A stretch of DNA of 64,000 nt from assembly GCA_009914755.4 (NCBI GenBank), contig CP068257.2:16928001-16992000 (forward strand), written 5' to 3'. The DNA is from the human T2T-CHM13v2.0 reference genome, Homo sapiens. The translations under genes were made by a program, and so were the position numbers. Every line of letters starts with the position of its first letter. The stretch's first letter is position 1. The notes under the pieces were generated by a model. That model had not been told where the DNA came from. It saw only the letters and a program-made list of their open reading frames with translations, and ran no database searches. Below are positions 36,775 through 49,722 of the stretch, piece by piece.

Positions 36775-37165
36775 GACTGAATGTGTACCCCTCATCCCCA
36801 ATATTCATATGTTGAGCCCTATCCCCCATTGTGATGGTATTTGGAGATAGGGTCTTTGGGAGAATATTAGATTTAGATGAGGTCATGAAAATGGGCCCTC
36901 ACAATAATAAAGAATGGGTGCCCTTATAAGGGATAAGCACACTTATGAGAGGAGGAAGAAACAATATGGCTGGCTGTCTCTGCCATTTGAGGACACAGTG
37001 AGAAGGATGTCATCTCCAAGCTGGAAAGGGAGCACTAACCAGAACCCAACCATAATGGCCACCTGATCTCTGACTTCCAGCCTTCAGAATTGTGAGAAAA
37101 TAAATCTCTGTTGCTAAAGTCACCCAGTCTACAGTATTTTGTTATGACAGCCCAAGCTAATTGAA
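36775..37165 (+). mobile_element. ERVL-MaLR LTR (MLT1/MST/THE1-type), near complete
   Basis: tgtgtacccctcatccccaatattcatatgttgagccctatcccccattgtgatggtatttggagatagggtctttgggag…ggccctcacaataataaagaatgggtgcccttataaggg…gccatttgaggacacagtgagaaggatgtcatctccaagctggaaagggagc…cagaacccaaccataatggccacctgatctctgacttccagccttcagaattgtgagaaaataaatctctgttgctaaagtcacccagtctacagtattttgttatgacagcccaagctaa follows the MaLR LTR consensus motif order. Confidence 0.65.
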
Positions 37166-40100
37166 ACCGTCAATTTTTTAGAAAGATAAAAATAAAGTGA
37201 GTAACTTTAGATAGAGACAAATGGCCAATACCAATCCAATGAAGATTATTTTTGGTAGTTTTAGATCTAAGATTATTTGAATCTAAATTAAACTAATAAT
37301 AAAAAAATCAATTCAACTTGGAATACTCTAGGCATTATGCTTAAAGGCTTCAAGAGTGACCCATACCAATGTATCTGAGAGGTCAAACATTTTACTTGTA
37401 TGAATAGACTAGGTGTCTCTAAGGGAAAGTGAAAGTTGGAATTAATTTGAGAAAATTGCTAGTTTCCAGAGAACAGCAACAATACTTTCAACATAAATAT
37501 TAATGAGTAGCATAAGTATGGGAAACAACCCTACTGAGTATGGGAATGGATTGAGAATCTTTCTAAATAGTAAAACAATTAGTAGTAGTCAGATTGATGA
37601 GAACAGTATATGTACAGATGTCTGTTTTCCAAGGTATTAGACTGATATTAGCAAAATATCCATTCTTAAGAACAGCTTACTCCTTTGAAACATGGCATTT
37701 TGAGAACTGTCATCCTATACTTGGAAGATGCTAATGTTTTAGCATCTTGGCAATGCTTGACATTCTTGAGGAAATTTTAAATTATATTATTTTCCAGTAT
37801 TGGAAATTAAAGGTAGATCCGTGTGCTTTGATAATTAATTTAAGAGAGGTTAGGACTGGCAATTTCTAATGAAATTTTAAATCTTCAATTAGGGCAGAAC
37901 CAAATAAAATGTGATAACACAGAAATGTGTCTTAAAATGATCCACAGGGTAGGTCAAAATTTTTCTCAGGAAACAGTGTTCCATTGCAGAGAAATGTGTG
38001 TGAAAATTTTTAAATATTATGTGATTCCTTAGAGCATAGCTTCTCTTATATTAGCCAAATTGGTCATAAGGGGGCTGAAATCAATTACAAACCATAGTGA
38101 TTTTATTTTGAGGTCATTTTAATCCTGTTAGAGTAAAACTTTGTTACCTGAATAGAGATGTATATTCACATAGTATTTATTATCTATACAGAGAGCTGGA
38201 GTGAGAAGTAATGAATCTCATTTATATAGAAACATATCAAATTGCACATATTCACAATAAATTCTTGATTTATCTGATTTAAGATTTTTATAGAATCTGT
38301 CAACATAGTACTCATTACTTCCTTATTTCTTATAATATTTTATAGCCATTAATCTTTTTTTAGAAAAAAATATTAAGGTAAACTTACCTCTTTGCCCATA
38401 ATAGGTGCTATCCATCTCACCATCCTAAATTAATGTATATTAATAGTTTATATTATTTCTAACTCTTTTATAATTATAATATTTAAAATGAAGTTAATTT
38501 TTTAAGAATATTGCTCTTAGGCTAAGTTGAAAATTATTTTATGTACTACACATAAATGGCACTGAAAAATCAATTTTTTGAAGGGAGAGAGATAAAGAAA
38601 TTCAACTAAATTTAAACTATCTTCAACATTTTCCATATTTGTATTCAATCGCAAGTAGGTTAATCACTTGCTTAGGCTGTGAATGACTTGCCTTCTACTT
38701 TCTCAGGTTCTTAGAATGTGAAAATAATACGGTATTTGTTTCTTCTATGGTAGACAAGCATATATACTTAATGATTTGTTTTGTTTACTTTATTTTAGAC
38801 AGAAAGTTTTAAAAATGTATAATTGGTATTAAAGTGAGTAAATTCTACTTTTACTGAAAGTTTATTTCTCATTCTAACATTTTACCTATGTATATAATAC
38901 ATTGAAATTTGGTTTAAAATGTCACTATGAAGTCCAGTCATAAAATTATAAATAGGCACCTAATTAAATACGATTCTAAACTCAATGAATACCCTTTTAT
39001 CTAGAAAAGATATCATGAAATGAACTTTGAATTAATAACAAAGTATAGCAAAAATAAAATCAACTTATTCTAATTATGGGTGGCCTTTGGTTTACTTAAC
39101 TAAGCATATGCATCAAATACAGTATCAATATACTTAGCCTTTGGTGACAGTGGCAGGTTCAAAGTATTTGGGGGCAATTCTTCCTTCTAATGTGTTATTG
39201 GTCATGACGGTGCAGCCATGTATCTGTAATAAGGATTGACAGAGTAGGAAGGGAACAAACTTATAATAAAAGAAGAATTGGATAAAGTTAACTGTGAAAA
39301 TATGCTAACAGAATAAGCATCAATTAGTGTAGAGAAGTAAAACCTTGGGGGAGATGAATTATATTTTATGACCACTGATAATGGATTCTGAGTAAATAGG
39401 TTTACATTTCACTGGGGAAGGTTATTGTAAATTGAAAAGATGCAGCAGAAATGCAGTTATATAGGAAGAAGAGGGAAAATCATTTAATCCGATGAGTGTT
39501 TTTATGAGAAATTTTGACTCATATAATAATTATTCAGTATAAGTGGTGAAATATTATAATACATATTTGGAATTTGAAAACTGGTAACAAGTGTATCAGG
39601 ATAAAATTGAAAATTATGATATATGGCCTTTTTGCATCTAAACTTTCAGTAGTAATTGATTTAATTTTGTTATTTAGAGCATTAGAGAAAAAAATTATTT
39701 CCTAAGGTCTACCAATATATACACAAACTCCTTCTTTTCATTGATATAACAAATATATATGCATAACCTGTCATATTAAATTTCATTCCTGCTTTATGAT
39801 GGGCATTATAAAATGAGTTAACTGATTAGCAATTTCCTTTCTTATAATGCTTTCAGAAAACATAAACCTGATACTGCAATTGACAAACTCACCAAATCCC
39901 ACTCTTCCTCTTCCCTTAGAAGAAAAACGCCAGAGCAGGTGCTACATTATGATCATCAGAAAGCCATTCTGTTTAACATGAATAATGTCATTCAGAGGGT
40001 TAGCCATCTGTTTGCTGAGTGTTTTTCAGACTTACACCCACAGCAGCACAAAAGCAATGCATGTGGGTGCCATAATCATGGATCTTCCAAAAAGCTTTTG

Positions 40101-40733
40101 TCTCTTGTAAAAATGAAGTGAGATTATTTTAAGAACTAAGTTATATTAGAAATGCAGGCACTTAAATGCTGTCTTTTTTGTTGCTTTGTGAAAGATTCCA
40201 GATATGTAAATTAAATACTGTTTGGGTTTCTGTGTGTAATTTATGAGCTTAAAAAGGAGATCTGAGCAAATTAATTATAGTTGAAAAATGTGCATCACTG
40301 AGACAAATGCAGTTGGTTGTGCTTATATTTCTTGGACTTTATATCCCATTTTAAAGTGTAATTTTTTTCAGAATATTTATATTGTATTTTTACTTTGTAT
40401 TCCATGTAAGAAAACTAAGCAAAGAATTTCCTTTCCAAATACAGTAAGCAAACATTGTTCATTAAATATTTTCCCAGAAAATAAAGCATAAGGGAAACTG
40501 AACGAAGAGTTAAGTGAAATCAAGATTTTCTTTGATGTTTCTCACTCTATTGCCATTCAAATGTTAATTATAGAATTATCTTTAGTTACAGTCCACTATT
40601 TTATCACTACAGCATAGTGATGTTCCCTCCAGGATTAATTCAGGAAACTCCTAAAAAACGAATTAACATAAAATAATATTTGAAAAAAAAACCTGTATAA
40701 CTTCAGTAAGCACATCATTAAAAACCTTAAATG

Positions 40734-40800
40734 TGTGTGTATATATATATATAAATGTATGCATGTATGTATATCTATATATAGACATATATAGCATAAT
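40734..40800. repeat. (TG)n/(TA)n compound simple repeat
   Basis: gtgtgtgtatatatatatataaatgtatgcatgtatgtatatctatatatagacatatatag. Confidence 0.9.
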
Positions 40801-42934
40801 TCTTCATGTTACTTTAGCCACAATCATTATATATTTCTGAAGAAAAAAACTCTCTTCCTCAAACATGATTGCCATTGTATTTAGGAAATGAGTGATAAAA
40901 ATGTTCAATCTATTTTGATGAAATCCAAACTTATATTAGGCATTGAAATATTTGACAATTAGTTTTGAATATATTTGAAAGTTTAGAAAGTGTTTTGAGC
41001 AATTTGAATCTATCCAATGCATTTTTAAAATATTTTTAAAACAATATGATACAATATCAAGGAAATTTCCTTGTAAATTAATAAATCATATACATTAAAT
41101 TCAGTAACTGTTGGACAGATAAGCATAAAAATATACAGAATTTCCTGATACTATGATCTACTAGAACCTCATTTTAATACATAAATTTTAAAAAAAACTA
41201 TTTAAAATCACTTTATATCTACCTGCCTAGATCTAGTAAAAGAGTAACTTCAGGAAGTTCAAGTGCTTGCTTAGGACATTTGGAACCCCAGCATCACAGC
41301 AATCATTGAATATGTATGAGTTAGTGTTTACCGGTGTTAGCGACACTCTGCTTATGGGAAATGTAGAGATGCATCAAGGGAAATGTACATAGAAAAGACA
41401 CGGTCGTGTTTCGAGACTCTTAAAGGACTACAGGCAAGGAGGAGAAACCCATTCTACAGGCATTTCAAAGTATGCTAATACATAGAGAGTTTTTGAATGA
41501 ATCTAATCTACGTGAGTCCAATCCACTATTTCTAGTCTGCAAAACCTAATTTGACCTTGATTAGTGGAAATGAAGGCTTAAAAATGACAGAAAATCAGCA
41601 CCTGTTAAGTGATGATGTACATAGAAATTTTAACTTCCAAGAAGGATATTGATGGGTTTTTATTCTATACCATAAGCTGAGTGAAAAGAAGAGAAAAAGT
41701 GGGTCAGAACTAGAGGTTTGAAGGTCACTGGAAACATGATGAAGGCTTGTATATATTTACAGGCATGGAAGAAAAAAATCAAAACAAAATTTGTGTTTTC
41801 TGTTTTTGGAAAATGATCACTTTATATGGTGAGAGCATAGGAGGTTACCACTTTCAGTTACCCAAGACTGAGATGTTCTTTCTGAATGCAATGATCTGTT
41901 CACTTAGGGGACTAGTATGATGCTGATAAAGGGAGCAATTAATATTATTTTAAAATTATAGAATATATGTAAAACAAAGTTTTAGGAAATGATAAGTCTC
42001 AAATTTTGATAACAGCTTTCTTGATTACCCCATGTAAAGTTATTCCTTCAATGTTCTTGTATAGACCTTTATTATAATAGTAACCATGTTGATTCCCATT
42101 TATTTATATTTTACATTTCTGATTTCTCTTATTAGGTTATCTGTTCTCTGAAATCAGAACATATTTTATTTCTTCTTCATATTCCCAGCACCTAGCACAC
42201 AATCTACTATATAATATGCACAATAATATTTATTAAATAGATGAGTAACAATAAAACTATTCTAAGTTACATATATTGATACTGTGCATATTGATTTTGA
42301 TTAATTTAGAAGTCATCTAAAAGTTATGTTATTTCCCTTACTCTGAGAAACAAACATCATTTCAAATAAAATAGTGTTGTACTGATCTTGAGAAGAAAGT
42401 CCATGACTAAATAAATAGATGTGGTAATTGGTTTCTTAAAACATATATTTTGTCAAAATTCAAAGTCAAGTGAATGAGAAATCTGAAGTTTACAATATAT
42501 GTGTGTCTTATAAATACATAACTCAATAATCAAAATAATTCATTAGGGGATTGCTACATTTGAACTGGTGGCACAAGGCTATTATTCTCCTAATGATTCT
42601 ATGAAGTTTAGTAGAAAAATTGAATTTCCTTAATTATATTTATGATCTCCATCTTACATGTTAATTTTATCATTACAATAGCAAACATTCCTTTCAATTT
42701 TAGCCAGAGTAATTTTAACCCGAATCAACTATGCCCTATTAGATTTCTGATTCTGAAGATGGAGAATGAGCTAGGTTGTTTACAGGGACTCAAAAGGAAG
42801 GAATTTTAATACAGAATAACTATAGAAAAGAGAAAATGTGGATGTACAATTGGAAGTATTGGTCATAAGGATGAATTATAGTGGTTGCCTATTTTACAGA
42901 GATTTTAACATACATTACCACTTTATATAGACAA

Positions 42935-43070
42935 CGTTTGTGTCCCCCTAAAATTCATATGTTGAAATTCTAACCCCAAATCTGTCTGTTTTATAAGGTA
43001 GGGACTTTTGCAGGGGATTAGGTCATGGACTCAGAGTCCTCATGAATAGAATGAGTACCCTCATAAAAGG
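42935..43070 (+). mobile_element. MaLR-type LTR fragment (5' portion)
   Basis: gtttgtgtcccccctaaaattcatatgttgaaattctaaccccaaatctgtctgttttataaggtagggacttttgcaggggattaggtcatggactcagagtcctcatgaatagaatgagtaccctcataaaagg resembles tgtgtccccc(c)aaaattcatatgttgaaatcctaacccccaatgtgatggtattaggaggtggggcctttgggaggtgattaggtcatgagggtggagccctcatgaatgggattagtgcccttataaaag. Confidence 0.5.
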
Positions 43071-43717
43071 AATGATAAATTACCTAACTGGTATAAGGAA
43101 CATTACTCAGGAGATGGTTATACTGAAAGCCCAGGTTTCACCAGTATGCAACATACCCATATAGCAAAATGTCATGTGTATCCCTTAAAATTATACAAAT
43201 ACAAAATAAAGATAAGTAAAAACAAAAATAAAAGAGACCCCAGAGATTGAGCCTCAGCACTTTTTCTAAGTGCTCTGTATATGTTAAGTCATCTGCTTCT
43301 TACACCTACCCTGAGAGTCCAGTTTACAATTTTATCTCCATTTTGCGAATTAGGAGTAGAAGCAAAGATACACACTGACTAATAGGTAAGAATGGGAATT
43401 AGGACATATAATTTCTGGTTGTAAAATATTCCCTTTAATCATTATTCTAAATTGTCCCTCAATAGCAAGGGGAAGCATCAAAGTTAGCATGTAAAATAAA
43501 ATAAAAGGAACCAGTAGAGTCAGTTGAAAATGTACAGGTCTGTTTGACCTTGTAGAGAGAGAAACAAGGAGAAAAGATTACCAGAGATGTGCAATAGTTT
43601 GAAATCTTATAAACAGTGGGATTTCCAGAACAAAAAAGGCAGATGCTGGCTTACTTAGTGCTCATTCATTCACAGCTATGAGGTGTCCTCTGGGAGATAG
43701 GCCTTAGATTGGACCTA

Positions 43718-44193
<476 letters not shown>

Positions 44194-44792
44194 ATGACTA
44201 CCCTGTTAATGGCATTAATCCTCAAATAAGAGCAAGAGAAATCACAGAGACTTGGATTTGTCTGGTGCCATAACTTAATTGCACTTTGAGTGTCTTCCCT
44301 GTAGAATGCGTGAGCATACTTGCACACAGAACAGTGTGCATCGAAAATTTCTGACAAGCAGAGTTGGCTGTATAAGACTGAATTATCATTTGAAAATACC
44401 TGCCCCCTTTCCTGAAGAAGTATTCCATCTTGACTCTGCTCACATGGGACTTGTCCTGTAGCTTGCTTTGGCCAGCAAATAGAGAGCAGGAATACTACAT
44501 ATCACCTCTGCACAAAAGCTTTATAAGCAAGTACATTGTTTGACATTATTTATTTTCTTCTGCCACGGTGAGTGGCAAGGTCCAATTAAAGGTGGCTCCA
44601 TCCAGCTGAGTTTAGGATAAAGCACTATATGGGACAAAGCTACCCTAGAGTCACTATGAACACATGATTTTCATAAGAAATAAACCCTGGTTTATTAAGC
44701 CTCTGAGGTTTGGGAGGGATTATCACAGAGTAGCATAGCCTATCCTTTTGCAGTAACTTTATACTGTGTCAACTTAACAATGCTGGAAATAG

Positions 44793-44819
44793 ACACACAC
44801 ACACACACACACACACACA
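44793..44819. repeat. (CA)13 dinucleotide microsatellite
   Basis: acacacacacacacacacacacacacat immediately upstream of the Alu poly-T. Confidence 0.95.
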
Positions 44820-45110
44820 TATTTTTTGAGACAGGGTCTCACTCTGTTACCCAGGCGGGAGTATAGTAGTGTGATCTCAGCTTAATGCAGCCTCCATACC
44901 CTGGGCTCAAGAGGTCCTCCTACCTCCACCTCCTGAGTAGCTGAGACTACAGCCATGTGGCACCGTGTCTGGCTAATTTTTGTATTTTTGTTAGAGATGG
45001 GTTTTCACCATGTTGCCCAGGCTGGTCTTGAAATCCTGAACTCAAGTGTTCTGCTCATCTAGGCCTCCCACAGTGCTGGGATTACAGGGGTGCGCCACTG
45101 CACCCTGCTG
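44820..45110 (-). mobile_element. AluJ-like Alu, antisense
   Basis: attttttgagacagggtctcactctgttacccaggcgggagtatagtagtgtgatctcagcttaatgcagcctcc…ctgagtagctgagactacagccatgtggcaccgtgtctggctaatttttgtatttttgttagagatgggttttcaccatgttgcccaggctggtcttgaaatcctgaactcaagtg…ctcccacagtgctgggattacaggggtgcgccactgcaccctgctg. Confidence 0.85.
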
Positions 45111-48100
45111 AACTGTATTTATTAGTACACTTTTTCATACATGATTCTGAGTTAGAATTGGACAAAAGAGAAACTTGCATGAGTTGTGGAGACAGAAGGA
45201 AAGTAGCAGCTGGCATTGTCTAATGGCAAGAGGGAGGCACTAGGCACTGTTGCTACCTGCATTAGAGAGCTTCAGGGTAAACATAGAGTAGTTAAAAGTC
45301 TGACTTGCCCTTGTGAATTCTAATTTGTGCTCATGTGTTTCAGTTTTTCCTTTCTGTCTCTCACTATATACCTGGTGTTCCCAACCTTAGGTTCATAACT
45401 AGAATTGCATAGACTTTTTCACTAGTTATCACAATTGTTGAGTCTAATCACCATAATAAATCCATTATTCTATACTACTCTATACAGATTTATTGTCTTT
45501 CTGATTGAACCCTAATTTATAAACCAGTTAGAGCCTCTTTAGTCGTAACTACCATATGTTATTTGTAAAAGGCTTTGCATTCATTATTTATAAACCTTAC
45601 AATAATTCTTCAGGACAGGCATTACTATTTGTAATTTAGAGATGATAAATCTGGAAAAAGAAACATTGCTTTCCAAAGGTAAAAGAGCTAGTGAGCTGTA
45701 GAGCTTGCATTTGAACCCATGTTTTGATGATGTTTTTTACCTATGTCACCATTCTCATTACAAAAACCTTATTCATTATATATGTGATACTTTGCCGATA
45801 TACAGCATTTCCATTTGGAAGAAGTCATTTTGCACATTTTTACTGCCAACTTAAAACCATTTTTTGAAGTATGGAATGTAGAAGTGAGCTTGTAGGAGCA
45901 AAACTGTGCACCCATTTTAGAGGCCAAATAATGACAGGAGAGAATATGACCCAAAGAATATTACTTTGCATGCTGCAGTGCACTTACACACAGTAATGAA
46001 GGCTTTAATATCAGCAGGAGAGAGGAAAGTGACAATGAACATTAAAGCTGAACTCCTGCATTCTCTCTCAATGGAGCATGAAATAAGGCATGTCATCATG
46101 TCAGCGTATGCTAGGAAGGATTTGCTTAGACCCCGGTCCTTTTAGTATGGTAAGTCAGCTTCATGGTGAGTCAGATTCTCCAACATTGTGACTTTTTCAG
46201 ACCTTCTCATTTCTTCCCCTATTCAATCTTCTGCCTTCGCAGATTGACTGTGATACTAAATTGCTATCTTGTCAGGAGTATGTAGAAGACTTTCAAGTTT
46301 CTAATATAGTGGTGAAGTTTCATGAAAGGCAGATTATTATAGTGTTGCAAAAATATCATTTTGTAAGAGAGAAAAGATATTAAACCATGTTAAAAATGCA
46401 TCTTCATCTGCGCTGCTCTTCTCTAACCACGCCATATTAAATAGCATTATTATGTTAATATTCATCCTAAATTTGACTTCATATTGTGGTAACAACACTG
46501 ACTAAAAACTGCTAAAAATGATCATTTCCAAAGTACCTGATGTATATTTTATTTGTAGTAAGATTGTTACCAAGTCAGGTTAAGATACTTGAGCTTTCTA
46601 GGCCTCACTAGAAAGTGAGATTATCTAGATTATCTAGATCTGGATAATTTCAGATCTACATTCCAAGATTTACATTTTATGACCTTATTTTTCCAGCCTT
46701 TGTCTTAGTCCTTGCATAATTATTTAGCCCCTTAAAGGTCTTATGCTATGTTAATAATAGAGAAAGTATCATTTTATTTTCATTGTTTTAAGATTTCACA
46801 AATGTTGTATCTGAACAAATTAGCATAAATTCTAAGAAAGCTTATTGCAGATGAAGTTCTATTAAAAAGCAATCATTATCAAAGAAATACAATGTTTGAA
46901 GTTGAAGTATTAAAGGATTCCATGTTATTCTTTTATATTCAGCTGGCTAAATTGTTATTTCTATTCCACAGGTCTTTAAAAAACATTTTAAGGCATATTT
47001 TAATATTAAGACTTTATGCCAATTTCAGCCAACTTGGAATGTAGTCTAAATATAGGTAGAACAAGTAAAGACAGGAGAAGAGTATAAATAGGGTCTTAGA
47101 GTCTAAAATGTATATGGTTATGTTCAAGAGACAATGAAGAGATAGTTTCTCATATACAGTAGACTTCAGAACCTAATATTATTCTTCACAAAACATCAAA
47201 ATCACATGATGTTAATAAGGTGTCTTGATGGGAAGAAAAATGTTCTATGTAAGCTTATGAAATGTCCTTATTCGCATATCTATCTCACAGGTTTACAACA
47301 AACTTCAATAAAATTTCTAAGGGTATCCGCTCTAAAGAAATTTGCCTAATTTGTTTAATTACTATGATTTGCATTTGGAACCAGATTATATTGTTGACCA
47401 TATAATGCCATTTTATACCAAAAAATTAAATATACTTGGTGTCAATGGATTCATCACTATGTATAAAGCTTATTTGTGTAATAAGTCAAATAAGTAAAGA
47501 ATTATTTGAATTGTGCTTGTGTAACATTCTTATGTTAAATGCATTTTGTTTCTTTAAAAGTTCCATCCTTGAACTGCACTTTGCTTTCTTATCTAATCTA
47601 TAAATAATTAAGTTAAATAACCTAAATGATTCTCCCATTTAAGCATAGCTATTTGACAGATTTTCTTAAAAAACATCAAATATATATTACGTTTGAGGCA
47701 TATAATCCCGTAAGTGGTGGAAATATCAAGCATTTACTAAAATTAAATACCAATGGCAATTATTTTTAAACTTCTCTAAGGACCAACAAAACAAAACCTA
47801 ACAAAAAAATCTACAAACTTAATTTTGAGCCTCAGTTCAAGGTATACATTGGCGGTAGTGAGATGAACATTGATTTAGGGTATGCTGTAGAGATGGTGTT
47901 TAGTGTTTTACTGCTCACCAATTATGACAAATGCATTCTTCTTTTCTGATTTCTGAAAAAGTACATTGCTAGATATTGAATGCCTGTTTTTTTGCCTTTC
48001 AACCATACTGGAAAATGAAGTATAAAAGAACCAGAAAAGCCTGTTTCTCTTGATACTGCTTTTAAAATTTTATTTTATTTTGAGAATTCAGTGAGTACCC

Positions 48101-48140
48101 CAAATAGATAGAACACATCAGAAATGTAATAAATATGTCT

Positions 48141-48408
48141 TTGTTGAGAACAGCTTCACTGACTAGATATTTCCCCTTTTTTTAAAAAAAGTCTATTTTA
48201 TGCTACTGAATCTTTAAAATTAATAAAATACATTTCTTCATTAAGTTAGAACATTGAACATTGTCACTGAACTCATAATTCTGCATGAAATTAAATAAAA
48301 GCATGGACGTATAGAAACGCATTTCTCTGAACCCAGCTGTTTACTTGAAAGAAAGAAAATGGATCATATAACTTTCTTATCTAGTACTTACAAGGATTAA
48401 TTCTCTTT
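48141..48408. repeat. Left arm of a large inverted repeat (partner at 49162-49722)
   Basis: The reverse complement of 48181-48300 (ttttatttaatttcatgcagaattatgagttcagtgacaatgttcaatgttctaacttaatgaagaaatgtattttattaattttaaagattcagtagcataaaatagac) matches 49561-49676 with 2 mismatches. The inner 110 bp (48298-48408) matches 49162-49278 at ~89%. Confidence 0.9.
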
Positions 48409-49161
48409 TAAAGGTATCCCAATATTTATATTTATAACAGACTCAAACATCCTGAAATAGAGCTATTCAAACAATCATGAATTCATGATTACTTAGTACA
48501 AACAAATAATTGAAGGATAATATGTATTGAAGGATATATGACATTTTTCCATACTTTTTTCCCCCACAGTTGAGTATCCAATGCTTAAGAAATATATATT
48601 TTCTGAAAGTGACCTGAATGTTTGTGTTTAGACTTGATCATTTCTAGTTTTACTTTGATTTGTTTGTTGGAGTTCAAATATGCACTATTCTAGATTTACA
48701 GTAAGTAGATCTTTCCTTTTTAATGAAATGAAAAATAATTCCCGTTCATATTACTATTTGTTTTTAGATATGGTCAAAACTCTTTGACACTTTTAAAATA
48801 TTGCCTTAAAATAAAAGAAAGAGACTTAAAAGCTGTGTTTCAAAGTATCCAAACTTCAGATAGTAGCTTACTAAATTTTGTTTCACCATAAGAGTTATAA
48901 TTGAATAGCTAATGTGATTTTTTATAACCAGATTGCAGATATACAGCATTGGAGTGATAAGGGCCAGATGCTATCTGAACAGCAGGTCTTCAGTGAGAAA
49001 AATTAGCTCAGCTTCTGTGGTCTTTGTTTTTCAGTCAGAACACATTCACATCACAGCTGGGATTCATACTGGTCTGCTTGTTTCTGGTAGTCTTCCTGCC
49101 CTTTCTACTTTAAAGAGAGAAACATATTGACCAGAAACCAACATGCTTACAGGGGTTTGAC

Positions 49162-49722
49162 CTTTAAAAGAGAATGAAACCTTGTAAGCACTGGATAAGA
49201 AAGTTATATGATCCGTTTTCGTTCTTTCAAGTAAACAGCTGGGTTCAGAGAAATGTATTTCTATACGTCAAGCAGCACTTAGGACTCATTTTGGACCTCA
49301 AAAGTAAATCATAACATTTTGATATGTTGAAGGACCTTGGACAATTACCTAAAACTTAAAATAAATTACTAACTCTTTTATTAGGAAAAATACTTAACAA
49401 TCTTTGGATTCGCCGTTTAAGACAAACTTTCTCCTCTACTTTTCAATTTAAGAATATAAAGACTTGATTGCAGTAACAAAGTTAGGAAAATGTGAATACA
49501 TATTATACCTCCAAGTATGAAAACTCAAGTGAAATCAGTGAACAAAATAGTTTGGTCCATGCTTTTATTTAATTTCGTACAGAATTATGAGTTCAGTGAC
49601 AATGTTCAATGTTCTAACTTAATGAAGAAATGTATTTTATTAATTTTAAAGATTCAGTAGCATAAAATAGACTTTTTAAAAACTAAAGAGGAAATTACTT
49701 ATCTAGTCAGTGAAGCTGTTCT
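49162..49722. repeat. Right arm of the inverted repeat. It contains a ~278-bp segment (49279-49556) absent from the left arm.
   Basis: tttaaaagagaatgaaaccttgtaagcactggataagaaagttatatgatccgttttcgttctttcaagtaaacagctgggttcagagaaatgtatttctatacgtcaagca [278-bp insert] gcttttatttaatttcgtacagaattatgagttcagtgacaatgttcaatgttctaacttaatgaagaaatgtattttattaattttaaagattcagtagcataaaatagac…atctagtcagtgaagctgttct. Confidence 0.9.

Noticed and set aside
38640-38700. Possible additional MIR fragments (also 43300-43400)
   Set aside because: The similarity is limited to ~20-25 bp motifs. It is too weak to call without alignment tools.
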